Shown: in pieces, positions 11,244-20,890 of the stretch | How positions within the stretch are numbered: the stretch's first letter is position 1 | How the letters are laid out: each line of letters opens with the position of its first letter | Origin: Asticcacaulis sp. | GTDB taxonomy: Bacteria > Pseudomonadota > Alphaproteobacteria > Caulobacterales > Caulobacteraceae | NCBI RefSeq assembly: GCF_051954415.1 | Contig: NZ_JBQCHT010000010.1 | Span: forward strand, 2,100-66,099 | Length of the DNA: 64,000 bases | Direction of reading: 5' to 3' | Notes under the pieces: model-generated | What the model was told of the DNA's origin: nothing | What the model saw: only the letters and a program-made list of their open reading frames with translations | Databases searched by the model: none | Program-made: the position numbers and the translations under genes

Positions 11244-11813
11244 ATGGCCCGTCCTAGCGAAAACCGCTCCCGCGACCGCAACGAAGAACCTTCGGAATTC
11301 GTTGAAAAGCTGGTTGCTATCAACCGCGTCGCCGCCACCGTCAAGGGTGGCCGCCGCTTCTCGTTTGCTGCCCTGATGGTCGTTGGCGACCAAAAGGGTC
11401 GCGTCGGCTACGGCCATGGCAAGGCACGCGAAGTGCCGGAAGCCATCCGCAAGGCGACCGAAGAAGCCAAGAAGTCCCTGATCCGCGTGCCCCTGCGCGA
11501 ATCCCGCACCCTGCACCACGACGGTTACGGCCGTTGGGGCGCCGGCAAGATCCAGATGCGCGCAGCCCCTCCGGGCACCGGCGTCATCGCGGGTGGTCCG
11601 ATGCGTGCGGTTCTCGAAACCTTGGGCATCTCGGACGTTGTCGCCAAGAGCCTGGGTTCCTCGAACCCCTACAACATGGTGCGCGCCACGTTTGAAGCGC
11701 TGAAGGTGCAGTCTTCGCCCCGTCAGATCGCCTCGAAGCGCGGCAAGAAGGTCGGCGATCTTCTGAAGTCGCGTGCCGATGGCGCTTCGTCGCCTGAATC
11801 TCTGGAGGGTTAA
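11244..11813 (+). CDS. rpsE: 30S ribosomal protein S5
   Basis: The sequence has [24 protein letters not shown]. Confidence 0.97.
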   Translation: MARPSENRSRDRNEEPSEFVEKLVAINRVAATVKGGRRFSFAALMVVGDQKGRVGYGHGKAREVPEAIRKATEEAKKSLIRVPLRESRTLHHDGYGRWGAGKIQMRAAPPGTGVIAGGPMRAVLETLGISDVVAKSLGSSNPYNMVRATFEALKVQSSPRQIASKRGKKVGDLLKSRADGASSPESLEG

Positions 11814-11816
11814 TCC

Positions 11817-12020
11817 ATGGCCAAGGCTCCTGCAAAGACCGAAGCTAAGACCGTCACGGTCAAGCAAACCGGCTCTCCGATCCGTCGCACCAAGGACCAG
11901 CGCGCCACGCTCGCCGGCCTGGGCCTGAACAAGATGGGCCGTGTTTCCACTCTGGAAGACACCCCCTCGGTTCGCGGCATGATCGCTAAGGTCCACCACA
12001 TGGTGACCATCGTCGAATAA
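11817..12020 (+). CDS. rpmD: 50S ribosomal protein L30
   Basis: The sequence has [12 protein letters not shown]...TLAGLGLNK. Confidence 0.95.
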   Translation: MAKAPAKTEAKTVTVKQTGSPIRRTKDQRATLAGLGLNKMGRVSTLEDTPSVRGMIAKVHHMVTIVE

Positions 12021-12026
12021 GACAAC

Positions 12027-12064
12027 AAGCCCGCGAATTCCGGTTCGCGGGCTTGCTTATTTTT
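12027..12064 (+). terminator. Intrinsic terminator T1 directly after rpmD
   Basis: AAGCCCGCGAA-ttccgg-TTCGCGGGCTT forms an 11-bp stem and is followed by GCTTATTTTT. Confidence 0.75.
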
Positions 12065-12099
12065 GAAGCGTGCTGTAACTGGCGCGCTTCGTGTTTTTT
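12065..12099 (+). terminator. Second terminator-like hairpin T2, in tandem with T1
   Basis: GAAGCGTGC-tgtaactg-GCGCGCTTC forms 9 bp including one G.U pair, and is followed by GTGTTTTTT. Confidence 0.6.
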
Positions 12100-12191
12100 G
12101 CCGCCAGGCAGAAGACGCAGAATTTTTAGCCGAGTTGGCCGCCAATTTACGTTTTTGGGACCAGCGCACCTGTCATTGAAAGGCATTACAA

Positions 12192-12722
12192 ATGACCAAG
12201 TTGAACGAACTCCACGACAATCCCGGCTCGACCAAGGGCCGTATGCGCGTCGGCCGTGGCCCCGGTTCGGGCAAGGGCAAGACCTCCGGTCGCGGTGTCA
12301 AGGGCCAGAAGTCGCGTACCGGCGTTTCGCTGCTGGGCTTCGAAGGCGGCCAGATGCCGCTGTACATGCGGATGCCGAAGCGCGGTTTCAACAATCCGTT
12401 CGCCCTCAAGCTGGCCGAAGTCAACCTGTGGCGCCTGCAGGACGCCGTTGATGCCGGCAAGCTCGACGCCAAGGCCGATATCGATGCCGCCGCCCTGATC
12501 GCCGCCGGCGTCATCCGTCGTGAACTCGACGGCGTGCGCCTCCTCGGTGAAGGTGAACTGAAGGCCAAGCTCAACCTGAAGGTCTGGTCCGCGTCGGCCG
12601 GCGCCATCAAGGCTGTCGAAGCCGCCGGCGGTTCGGTCGCCCAGGCGCGCATCGAAAACGAAGCCAAGCTGGCTGCCCGCCTTGAAAAGATCGCCGCTGC
12701 CAAGGCTGCCCGCAAGGGCTAA
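12192..12722 (+). CDS. rplO: 50S ribosomal protein L15
   Basis: The sequence has [31 protein letters not shown]. Confidence 0.97.
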   Translation: MTKLNELHDNPGSTKGRMRVGRGPGSGKGKTSGRGVKGQKSRTGVSLLGFEGGQMPLYMRMPKRGFNNPFALKLAEVNLWRLQDAVDAGKLDAKADIDAAALIAAGVIRRELDGVRLLGEGELKAKLNLKVWSASAGAIKAVEAAGGSVAQARIENEAKLAARLEKIAAAKAARKG

Positions 12723-12879
12723 GCCGCAAGCCGATATCACGCGCATTTGACGTTTGAATGTGCGTACCCCATATGGGTTGGATTGGGTGAGGGCGTGGTC
12801 TGCGAATCGCGTATACACCCAGTCTGCCCTTTTGGGATGATCACAGGGGCGCTGGCGCCCGCGCGAATTTGAGGACCTT

Positions 12880-14265
12880 ATGGCTTCTGCTGCTGAACAA
12901 CTTGCCGCCAATATGAATTTCGGCGCCTTTTCCAAGGCGACCGATCTTCACAAGCGTCTGCTTTTTACGCTCGGCGCCCTGATCGTTTACCGTCTCGGCA
13001 CCTATGTGCCGCTGCCGGGCATCAACATGGCCGAATTCACCAGGGCCTTCTCCGGCCAGTCGAACGGCATCTTCGGCATGATGAACATGTTCGCCGGCGG
13101 CGCCGTGCAGCGCATGGCCGTGTTCGCGCTGAACCTGATGCCCTACATTTCCGCCTCGATCATCATCCAGTTGATGGGCTCCGTCTATGCGCCGTGGGAA
13201 AAGCTGCGCAAGGAAGGCGGGGAGGCCGGCCGCAAGCAACTCAACCAGTACACCCGTTATCTGACGGTGGTCCTGGCCCTGATCCAGTCCTTCGGCATTT
13301 CAGCGGCCATGCAGTCCTCCGGCCTGGTTCTGCAGCCCGGTATCTTCTTCATCATCTCCTCGATGGCCACCCTGACCGGCGGTACGCTGTTCCTGATGTG
13401 GCTGGGTGAGCAGATCACCTCGCGCGGTATCGGCAACGGCTCGTCGATGATCATTTTCGCGGGTATCGTGGCAGTGCTGCCGTCAACCGTCGGCCGCCTT
13501 CTGTCCATGGGCTCGACCGGCGACATCAACCCCGCCATGCTGATCCTCATCATGGCCGTCCTGGTCGCTACCATCGTTTTCATCGTCTTCATGGAGCGCT
13601 CGCAGCGCCGCCTGCTTGTGCAGTATCCCAAGCGCCAGGTGGGCAACCGCATTATGGGCGGTGAGTCGTCCTTCATGCCGCTGAAGGTCAATACGGCTGG
13701 TGTCATTCCGCCGATCTTCGCCTCGTCGCTGCTGCTGATGCCGACCTCGATCCTGACCTTCGTGGGCCAGAACCCGGACAAGATCCCGAGCTGGCTGCAA
13801 TGGCTGCCCTCGATCAGCACGCAACTGACGCACGGCCACCCGGTCTTCATGATCCTTTACGCGATCATGATCATCTTCTTCACCTTCCTCTATACCTCGC
13901 TGGTCTTCAATCCGGACGAGACGGCGGAAAACCTGCGCAAGTACGGCGGCTTCCTGCCGGGCATCCGTCCGGGCAAGCGCACCGCGGAATATCTCGATTT
14001 CGTCCTGACCCGCATTACGGTGCTCGGCGCGGCCTATATCACCATCGTCTGTCTGTTGCCGGAACTGCTGATCGCCCAGATGGGCAACAGCTTCTACTTT
14101 GGCGGCACCTCGATCCTGATTGTCGTGACCGTGACCATGGATACGGTGGCGCAGATCCAGTCGCACCTGCTGGCGCACCAGTATGACGGCCTGATCAAGA
14201 AATCGAAGATGAAGACCGGCAGCAAGGGCGCTGCGACCAGCACCCGTGGAAGGATCGGCCGATGA
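12880..14265 (+). CDS. secY: Preprotein translocase subunit SecY
   Basis: This is a 461-aa polytopic membrane protein. The motifs LGTYVPLPGIN and GEQITSRGIGNG are present, and the position after rplO fits. Confidence 0.97.
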   Translation: MASAAEQLAANMNFGAFSKATDLHKRLLFTLGALIVYRLGTYVPLPGINMAEFTRAFSGQSNGIFGMMNMFAGGAVQRMAVFALNLMPYISASIIIQLMGSVYAPWEKLRKEGGEAGRKQLNQYTRYLTVVLALIQSFGISAAMQSSGLVLQPGIFFIISSMATLTGGTLFLMWLGEQITSRGIGNGSSMIIFAGIVAVLPSTVGRLLSMGSTGDINPAMLILIMAVLVATIVFIVFMERSQRRLLVQYPKRQVGNRIMGGESSFMPLKVNTAGVIPPIFASSLLLMPTSILTFVGQNPDKIPSWLQWLPSISTQLTHGHPVFMILYAIMIIFFTFLYTSLVFNPDETAENLRKYGGFLPGIRPGKRTAEYLDFVLTRITVLGAAYITIVCLLPELLIAQMGNSFYFGGTSILIVVTVTMDTVAQIQSHLLAHQYDGLIKKSKMKTGSKGAATSTRGRIGR

Positions 14266-14822
14266 ATATCATCCTGTTTGGCCCCCCAGCGGCGGGCAAG
14301 GGTACACAGGCAAAGCGTCTGGTCACGACACGGGGCATGGTGCAGCTCTCGACGGGCGACATGCTGCGGGCGGCCATCAAGGCCGAAAGCGAACTGGGCC
14401 TGAAGGTCAAGGACATTCTGGCCACGGGAGGCCTGGTCTCGGATGAGATCGTCATCGATCTGATCAAGGAAAATCTCCCGGCGGCGGAAGCGGCCGGTGG
14501 CGCCATCTTCGACGGTTTCCCGCGCACCGTGGCTCAGGCCGAGGCGCTTGACGCCATGTTGGGCGAGCGCGGCGCGAAGATCGACAAGGTGGTCCGTCTG
14601 AAGGTGGACGAGGCTGCCCTGGTAACGCGTATCGAAAAGCGCTTTGCCGAAGAAGGGCGCTCGGACGACAACCCTGAAGCCTACAAGGTGCGCCTGGCGG
14701 CCTATAATGCCCAGACCGCGCCGCTGCTGCCCTATTACGCGGCGCAGGGTAAGCTTTTTGAAGTTGACGGCATGGGTGCTGTGGAAGACGTCGCCGCCCA
14801 TATCGACAGCGCGCTGGCATAG
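14262..14822 (+). CDS. adk: Adenylate kinase (short-LID type)
   Basis: The sequence has MNIILFGPPAAGKGTQA...DGFPRT. The ATGA overlaps the secY stop. Confidence 0.96.
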   Translation: MNIILFGPPAAGKGTQAKRLVTTRGMVQLSTGDMLRAAIKAESELGLKVKDILATGGLVSDEIVIDLIKENLPAAEAAGGAIFDGFPRTVAQAEALDAMLGERGAKIDKVVRLKVDEAALVTRIEKRFAEEGRSDDNPEAYKVRLAAYNAQTAPLLPYYAAQGKLFEVDGMGAVEDVAAHIDSALA

Positions 14823-14970
14823 AGAATCTGTCGACTGTCCAAAAGGTGGCCGGCGAGGGCGCAAGCCCGAAAATATCGGATGCGAAGCGCCCTTGGGCGC
14901 CTATCATCTCAAGAGAGTAAAAAAAGTATGACCAAAGCAGTTTGGACTTGCTTTTTTTAAAACTAAACCA

Positions 14971-14998
14971 TTGACGGAAGCCAAAACCCTTCTATAAG
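14971..14998 (+). promoter_or_regulatory. Putative promoter of the rpsM-rpsK-rpoA-rplQ unit (TTGACG-N16-TATAAG)
   Basis: Good hexamers lie in the 308-nt adk-rpsM spacer. Confidence 0.45.
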
Positions 14999-15130
14999 GG
15001 CAACTTCCGCGAAATCACGCGTATGGACCACGGCTGAAGGTCAAATCTTAGCCGTGTGGCATACGTGTCATCTTTCGTTTCAAGAAATGCGTCCCGATAG
15101 CATGGGGGCGCGTTGCAGGAGATACCTCAA

Positions 15131-15499
15131 GTGGCCCGTATCGCAGGCGTCAATATACCGACCAACAAGCGCGTCGTCATCGCGCTCCAATATATCCATG
15201 GCATCGGCGCGCATAACGCCGAGGAAATCGTCAAGAAGGTCGGCATCGAAGATAGCCGCCGCGTCAACCAGCTTTCTGATGCCGAAGTGCTGCAAATCCG
15301 CGAAACCATCGACCGCGATTACACGGTCGAGGGCGACCTGCGCCGTGAAGTCTCGATGAACATCAAGCGCCTGATGGACCTGGCCTGCTATCGCGGCCTG
15401 CGTCACCGTAAGGGCCTTCCTGTGCGCGGTCAGCGTACGCACACCAATGCGCGCACGCGCAAAGGCCCGGCGAAGCCCATCGCCGGCAAGAAGAAGTAA
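15131..15499 (+). CDS. rpsM: 30S ribosomal protein S13
   Basis: A GTG start gives (M)[19 protein letters not shown] lies 8 nt upstream. The tracked ATG at 15113 would add 6 non-conserved residues. Confidence 0.95.
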   Translation: MARIAGVNIPTNKRVVIALQYIHGIGAHNAEEIVKKVGIEDSRRVNQLSDAEVLQIRETIDRDYTVEGDLRREVSMNIKRLMDLACYRGLRHRKGLPVRGQRTHTNARTRKGPAKPIAGKKK

Positions 15500-15512
15500 G
15501 GATAGCTGACCA

Positions 15513-15902
15513 ATGGCTAAAGAACCTTCACGCGTTAAAAAGCGCGAACGCAAGAACATCACCTCGGGTGTGGCTCACGTCAACGCCTCGTTCAACAACA
15601 CCATGATCACGATCACCGACGCGCAGGGTAATGCCGTGTCCTGGTCGTCGGCCGGTGCCATGGGCTTCAAGGGTTCGCGCAAAAGCACCCCTTACGCCGC
15701 CCAGGTCGCTGCCGAAGACGCTGGCAAGAAGGCCATCGAGCACGGTGTCAAGACGCTGGAAGTCAGCGTCGCTGGTCCGGGTTCCGGTCGTGAATCGGCT
15801 CTGCGCGCCCTGCAGGCCGTCGGTTTCACCATCACCACGATCCGTGATGTGACCCCGATCCCGCATAACGGCTGCCGTCCGCCGAAGCGTCGTCGCGTTT
15901 AA
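15513..15902 (+). CDS. rpsK: 30S ribosomal protein S11
   Basis: The sequence has [18 protein letters not shown]. Confidence 0.97.
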   Translation: MAKEPSRVKKRERKNITSGVAHVNASFNNTMITITDAQGNAVSWSSAGAMGFKGSRKSTPYAAQVAAEDAGKKAIEHGVKTLEVSVAGPGSGRESALRALQAVGFTITTIRDVTPIPHNGCRPPKRRRV

Positions 15903-15975
15903 TTTTATTTTCCCTATTTTTTCAGTCGCTCTGCCTGATCCGGCAGGGCGACCTTTCCTGTCTTGAGGGACGTAA

Positions 15976-16992
15976 ATGATCGAAAGAAACTGGCAACAGC
16001 TTATTCGTCCCGAGAAGCCACAAGTCGAAGCGGGTTCCGACCCTTCGCGCAAGATGCGTCTTGTCGCGGAGCCTCTGGAGCGCGGTTTCGGCGTGACCCT
16101 CGGTAACGCGCTGCGTCGCGTACTCCTCTCCTCGCTGCAAGGCGCGGCTGTCACCTCCGTCCAGATCGACGGCGTGGTGCATGAATTCTCCTCCATCGAA
16201 GGCGTCCGTGAAGACGTCGTCGACATCATCCTGAACATCAAGCAACTGGCGCTGCGCATGCACGCCGAAGGTCCGAAGCGCATGGTTCTGCGCGCCTCGG
16301 GCGCCGGTCCGGTGACGGCCGGCCAGATCGATGTCCCGGCTGATATCGAAGTCCTAAACCCCGACCACGTCATCTGTACGCTGGACGAGGGCGCTTCGGT
16401 GCGCATGGAATTCACCATCCAGAACGGCAAGGGCTATGTCCCGGCCGACCGCCTGCGTCCGGAAGACGCGCCGATCGGTTTGATCGCCGTCGACGCCCTC
16501 TATTCGCCGGTCAAGAAGGTGGCTTACAAGGTCGAGCCGACCCGTCAGGGCCAGTCGCTCGATTACGACAAGCTGATCCTTGAAGTCGAAACCAATGCCG
16601 CGGTAACGCCAGTTGACGCCGTCGCTTTCGCGGCGCGTATCCTGCAAGACCAGCTGCAAATCTTCATCACCTTTGAAGAGCCGAAGGCACCGGTCGTTGA
16701 AGAAGGCAAGCCTGAGTTGCCGTTCAATCCGGCCCTGCTCAAGAAGGTCGACGAACTGGAACTCAGCGTCCGTTCGGCGAACTGCCTGAAGAACGACAAC
16801 ATCGTTTATATCGGCGACCTGATCCTGAAGACGGAATCCGAAATGCTGCGCACGCCGAACTTCGGCCGCAAGTCGCTCAACGAAATCAAGGAAGTCCTGG
16901 CTTCCATGAACCTTTCGCTGGGCATGGATATCCCGAACTGGCCGCCGGAAAACGTCGAAGACCTGGCCAAGAAGTTCGAAGATCAAATCTAG
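15976..16992 (+). CDS. rpoA: DNA-directed RNA polymerase subunit alpha
   Basis: The protein is 338 aa. It has [11 protein letters not shown] and a C-terminal domain with [11 protein letters not shown]. Confidence 0.98.
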   Translation: MIERNWQQLIRPEKPQVEAGSDPSRKMRLVAEPLERGFGVTLGNALRRVLLSSLQGAAVTSVQIDGVVHEFSSIEGVREDVVDIILNIKQLALRMHAEGPKRMVLRASGAGPVTAGQIDVPADIEVLNPDHVICTLDEGASVRMEFTIQNGKGYVPADRLRPEDAPIGLIAVDALYSPVKKVAYKVEPTRQGQSLDYDKLILEVETNAAVTPVDAVAFAARILQDQLQIFITFEEPKAPVVEEGKPELPFNPALLKKVDELELSVRSANCLKNDNIVYIGDLILKTESEMLRTPNFGRKSLNEIKEVLASMNLSLGMDIPNWPPENVEDLAKKFEDQI

Positions 16993-17015
16993 AATTTCTG
17001 ATATAAGCTTAGTGG

Positions 17016-17039
17016 ACCCGGATGAGCGATCATCCGGGT
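17016..17039 (+). terminator. Hairpin after rpoA (weak terminator or processing site)
   Basis: ACCCGGATG-agcgat-CATCCGGGT is followed by TTCCTATTTATA, which is a poor U-tract. Confidence 0.35.
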
Positions 17040-17231
17040 TTCCTATTTATAGGAACTGTTTTTTCGGTTCCGACTTGCCGCGAAAGACCAGAACCTTGTC
17101 GTGGCAATTTCCATCCTTCGGGATGGACGTCTGAAACGGGCAGGGGCCGTCGGCCTTTTGACCTTTGTGTTCGGGCTCGTTTTTGGGAGATCGGTCACGC
17201 CGCGCGCTGCCGGTCTTTTGGAGAATTTATC

Positions 17232-17648
17232 ATGCGTCACGGCTCCGGCTATCGCAAACTCGGTCGCACCACCTCGCACCGTATCGCCATGTTCGCCAAC
17301 ATGGCTGCCTCGCTCATCAAGCACGAGCAGATCGTCACCACCCTGCCGAAGGCCAAGGAACTGCGTCCCTTCGTCGAAAAGCTGGTCACGCTCGCCAAGT
17401 CGGGCACCCTGCACGACCGTCGTATCGCCATCTCGCGCGTCCGTGACGTTGCCCAGGTTGGCAAGCTGTTCGACGTGATCGGCAAGCGCTACGCTGACCG
17501 TAACGGCGGCTATATCCGCATCATGAAGGCCGGCTTCCGCCACGGCGACAACGCCCCGATGGCCATCATCGAGTTCGTTGATCGTGACGAAGCCGCCAAG
17601 GGCCTGGATTCCGGCCCGGTGTTTGAAGTCGCCGGCGACGAAGAATAA
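17232..17648 (+). CDS. rplQ: 50S ribosomal protein L17
   Basis: [17 protein letters not shown] begins at an internal ATG. The 70 upstream codons of the tracked ORF are a structured spacer. Confidence 0.96.
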   Translation: MRHGSGYRKLGRTTSHRIAMFANMAASLIKHEQIVTTLPKAKELRPFVEKLVTLAKSGTLHDRRIAISRVRDVAQVGKLFDVIGKRYADRNGGYIRIMKAGFRHGDNAPMAIIEFVDRDEAAKGLDSGPVFEVAGDEE

Positions 17649-17739
17649 AAACGTAATCCCTCCGGCACGCTAGTGCCGGCAAGGGCAAGCGCCCGCCCGC
17701 GACGTTTCGCGGAGCCTCGCGGCGCTTGAGCGTAAAAAT

Positions 17740-17772
17740 AAAGCCGCTGGAGCAATCCAGCGGCTTTATTAA
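17740..17772 (+). terminator. Intrinsic terminator of the alpha operon
   Basis: AAAGCCGCTGGA-gcaa-TCCAGCGGCTTT forms a 12-bp stem and is followed by ATTAATGTTTT. Confidence 0.8.
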
Positions 17773-17918
17773 TGTTTTGGTGACAATGGTTAACGAAAGT
17801 GTGATCAAACGGCGTAAACCGTTATTTCGCATCTGCGTAATTCTCCGCTAACGTGCAGGCCGTGGACAGGGCCCTGTGCGCCGCGTCTGCATTCCATCGC
17901 ATTGCAAGGAGGGTTACC

Positions 17919-18065
17919 ATGATTGACGATTTTGCCATCGCCGACCCCGCCGAAGAGACGCTTGACCTGTCTGGCGATATGAACCTCAGCCCGTCTGAAA
18001 ATGCGGACGAGGCTGACACTGTTTTTTGTGCCCCCATGCTGGACCGTATCCGCACCAGCGACTGA
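17919..18065 (+). CDS. Stand-alone small acidic protein (48 aa), function unknown
   Basis: AAGGAGGG lies 6 nt before the ATG, and the gene has its own terminator at 18087-18120. The protein is MIDDFAIADPAEETLDLSGDMNLSPSENADEADTVFCAPMLDRIRTSD, with 13 D/E against 2 R. Confidence 0.45.
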   Translation: MIDDFAIADPAEETLDLSGDMNLSPSENADEADTVFCAPMLDRIRTSD

Positions 18066-18086
18066 TATAACAGGCTTATATTTGAG

Positions 18087-18120
18087 GAAGCCCCCGGTTA
18101 TCGCCGGGGGCTTCTTTTTT
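18087..18120 (+). terminator. Intrinsic terminator
   Basis: GAAGCCCCCGG-ttatcg-CCGGGGGCTTC is followed by TTTTTT. Confidence 0.8.
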
Positions 18121-18167
18121 GTGTCATGCACACACCCTAGACTGACCTGGCTTATCTGGAGTGCGTG

Positions 18168-19421
18168 ATGCTTAAAAAAGGTTTGTCTGTCCTGGCCGCC
18201 CTGGCCTGTCTGTCTGTGGCTGCCTGCAGCCATGTGCCCGCGGCGCCGCCTGTGGCCGAAGCGGCGCCGCAAGGGCCGAAACTTATCCTGATTTCGATCG
18301 ATGGCTTTCGCGCCGACTACCTCAAGGAGGGCGTCACGCCCAATCTTCAGGCTCTGGCCGAGGGCGGCGCTTCGGCGGCCATGGGGCCCTCTTTCCCCAG
18401 CCTGACCTTCCCCAATCACTACACACTGGTCACCGGCCTGCGGCCCGATCACCACGGCATTGTCAACAACACCATGCGCGATCCGCAAAAGCCCGGTGTC
18501 ACGTTCAAGCTGTCGAACAAGGAGGCGGTGGCCGATGAATTCTGGTGGGACGACGCCAAACCGCTATGGGTGACGGCGCAGGCGCAAGGGATCAAGGTCG
18601 CCACCCTGTTCTGGCCCGGTTCCGAGGCTATCAATCACGGCGTGCGCCCGGCCTACTGGCTGCCTTATGACGAAGCCATGCCGGACGCGGCCCGCGTGAA
18701 GCAGGTGCTGGACTGGATCGATCTGCCGGCGGCCGAACGTCCCGGCGCCATCACGCTCTATTATTCGCAGGTCGATCACCAGGGCCATGATTTCGGCCCC
18801 GGCAGTCCGGAGGTCGATGCCGCCCTGCGCGAGGTCGATGCCTCGATCGGCCAACTGGTCGATGGCCTCAAGTCGCGCGGCCTCTATGGCAAGACCAACA
18901 TCATCATCGTGGCCGATCACGGCATGGCCAAGCACAGGCCGGAAAGATTCATACGCCTGGCGGATATCCTGCCCGCCGATAGCTATGACCTCGTCACCGG
19001 CGGACAGGTGGCCGGGCTTTCTGCCAAACCTGGCCATGAGGCAGAGGTCGACAAGGCACTGATCGAGACGAAGCACGACTATATGCAGTGTTGGCACAAG
19101 GCGAAGATACCGGCGCGCTTCCATTATGGCCATCATCGCCGGGTGCCGGAAATCACCTGCCTGGCGGCAGTCGGCGGTTTTATTGTCGGTCCATCAACGG
19201 ACAACTGGATGCCGAAGCCGGAAGGCGGCAGCCACGGTTACGACCCGGCAGCGCAGGAAATGCAGGCTCTGTTTATTGCCAATGGTCCGGCCATCCGTCC
19301 GGGCGTGAAACTGGCGCCGTTTGATAATGTCGATGTCTACTCTTTGGAAACGAAGCTTTTGGGTATCAAAGGCGAGGCGAATGACGGCAATCTGCGCGCA
19401 CTGAAGCCGGCCTTATACTGA
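18168..19421 (+). CDS. Ectonucleotide pyrophosphatase/phosphodiesterase (NPP, alkaline-phosphatase superfamily) lipoprotein
   Basis: There is a lipobox (LSVAAC). The sequence has ISIDGFRADYL...NHYTLVTGLRPDHHGIVNN...ADHGM. Confidence 0.85.
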   Translation: MLKKGLSVLAALACLSVAACSHVPAAPPVAEAAPQGPKLILISIDGFRADYLKEGVTPNLQALAEGGASAAMGPSFPSLTFPNHYTLVTGLRPDHHGIVNNTMRDPQKPGVTFKLSNKEAVADEFWWDDAKPLWVTAQAQGIKVATLFWPGSEAINHGVRPAYWLPYDEAMPDAARVKQVLDWIDLPAAERPGAITLYYSQVDHQGHDFGPGSPEVDAALREVDASIGQLVDGLKSRGLYGKTNIIIVADHGMAKHRPERFIRLADILPADSYDLVTGGQVAGLSAKPGHEAEVDKALIETKHDYMQCWHKAKIPARFHYGHHRRVPEITCLAAVGGFIVGPSTDNWMPKPEGGSHGYDPAAQEMQALFIANGPAIRPGVKLAPFDNVDVYSLETKLLGIKGEANDGNLRALKPALY

Positions 19422-19510
19422 CAGAAACCGGCCACGGGTCTTATAGATGGCATGGCTGGCCGAACGCGGTAATTTCGCGTAAGGACAGACCATAACCAGA
19501 AAGACCGAAC

Positions 19511-20815
19511 ATGTCGGAAGCGCCTCCAATGACTATATCTACAGGCAAAAAAGCCGCCGCTGCCTTTATCCTGGTGACGGTCTTCCTTGACATGCTGTCG
19601 ATTGGTGTCATCATTCCTGTCTTGCCCCAATTGATCATGAAGGTCGGCGGCCTGACCATTTCGCAGGCGGGGCTGTGGACCGGCATTTTCGGCGCGGCCT
19701 GGGGGCTGGCGCAATTCCTCTTCACACCGGTGCAGGGCGGCCTGTCCGATGCCATTGGCCGGCGCCCGGTCGTACTGGCCTCCAATTTCGGAACCGGCGT
19801 CGATTTCCTGTTCATGGCGCTGGCGCCGGGTTTGTGGTGGCTGCTAGTCGGCCGGATCATTTCCGGCATGACCTCGGCCAGCATCTCGACGGCCTATGCC
19901 TATATGAGCGATGTCACGCCGCCGGAAAAGCGCGCCGGCGTCTATGGCCTGATGGGCGCGGCCTTCGGCGTCGGGTTCGTGGTCGGGCCGAGCCTGGGTG
20001 GTCTGCTTGGCGGCGGCCTGCACTGGGGGATGATCCAGTTCAATGGCGATCACCATTATCCCTTCTTCTTCGCCGCGGCATTGAGCCTGTGCAACTTCCT
20101 CTATGGCCTGTTTGTCCTGCCGGAATCCCTGCCTCTGGATAAGCGCAAGCCGTTCAGCTTCCATACCGCCAATCCGATTGGTGCCATCAAGTTCCTGGCG
20201 CGTTCGGCGCAGGTGATGCGGCTGTCCTTCATGTATTTCCTGCTGATGTTCGGCCAGAGCGTCTTCCCGACGACCATGGTGCTATATGCCGGCTATCGCT
20301 TTGGCTGGGGACCGACCGAGGTCGGGCTGATGCTGGCCGTGGTGGGCATCCTGTCGGCCATCGTGCAGGGCGGGCTGACCGGCGTGATCACCAAGCGGAT
20401 CGGCGAACGCAAGGCCATGTACATCGGTATCGGCGCCTCGCTGATCGCCTATACGGCCTATGGACTGGCGCCGAACTGGCAGATATTTGTCGGCTTTATC
20501 GCCATCGGCTGTTTCGGCGGGCTGGCCATGCCCAATATTCAATCACTGATGAGCAGCAAGGTTGATCCGAAGGAGCAGGGCACCCTGCAGGGCTCGAACA
20601 TGAGCCTGACCACTATGGGCAATATCGTGGCGCCGCTGATCTTCGGCTATGTCCTGTCCACGGTAACCCGGCCCGGTGTCGCGGTTGTCTATAGCGGCGC
20701 GGCCTTCCTGGTGGCGGCGGTCTGCACCCTGCTGTGCCTGTGGCTGGCCACCGGCGTCAGGCAGTCCCTGGCCGTGGAAAAAGCCTATGGCGGCGAACCT
20801 CAGATTGACGGCTAA
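19511..20815 (+). CDS. MFS transporter (DHA1/Tet-like)
   Basis: It has about 12 TM segments and the MFS loop motif GGLSDAIGRRPV. Confidence 0.85.
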   Translation: MSEAPPMTISTGKKAAAAFILVTVFLDMLSIGVIIPVLPQLIMKVGGLTISQAGLWTGIFGAAWGLAQFLFTPVQGGLSDAIGRRPVVLASNFGTGVDFLFMALAPGLWWLLVGRIISGMTSASISTAYAYMSDVTPPEKRAGVYGLMGAAFGVGFVVGPSLGGLLGGGLHWGMIQFNGDHHYPFFFAAALSLCNFLYGLFVLPESLPLDKRKPFSFHTANPIGAIKFLARSAQVMRLSFMYFLLMFGQSVFPTTMVLYAGYRFGWGPTEVGLMLAVVGILSAIVQGGLTGVITKRIGERKAMYIGIGASLIAYTAYGLAPNWQIFVGFIAIGCFGGLAMPNIQSLMSSKVDPKEQGTLQGSNMSLTTMGNIVAPLIFGYVLSTVTRPGVAVVYSGAAFLVAAVCTLLCLWLATGVRQSLAVEKAYGGEPQIDG

Positions 20816-20890
20816 TTGGCGCTGTCAGCCTTGATACTGCCGTAATGATTTTTACATTCAGGATACCCGGATCACTGCAAGGAGCCTAAC

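Noticed and set aside
14262-14822. Adenylate kinase with a very short LID (RIEKRFAEEGRSDD in place of the ~38-aa Zn/LID insert), which might have been an anomaly.
   Set aside because: Short-LID bacterial adenylate kinases are a known natural variant. The catalytic motifs are intact and the gene is in its conserved position after secY.
17022-17231. An N-terminal 70-residue extension of L17 suggested by the tracked ORF 17022-17648.
   Set aside because: Canonical L17 begins [12 protein letters not shown] at 17232. The upstream part is full of hairpins and contains nothing that resembles L17.
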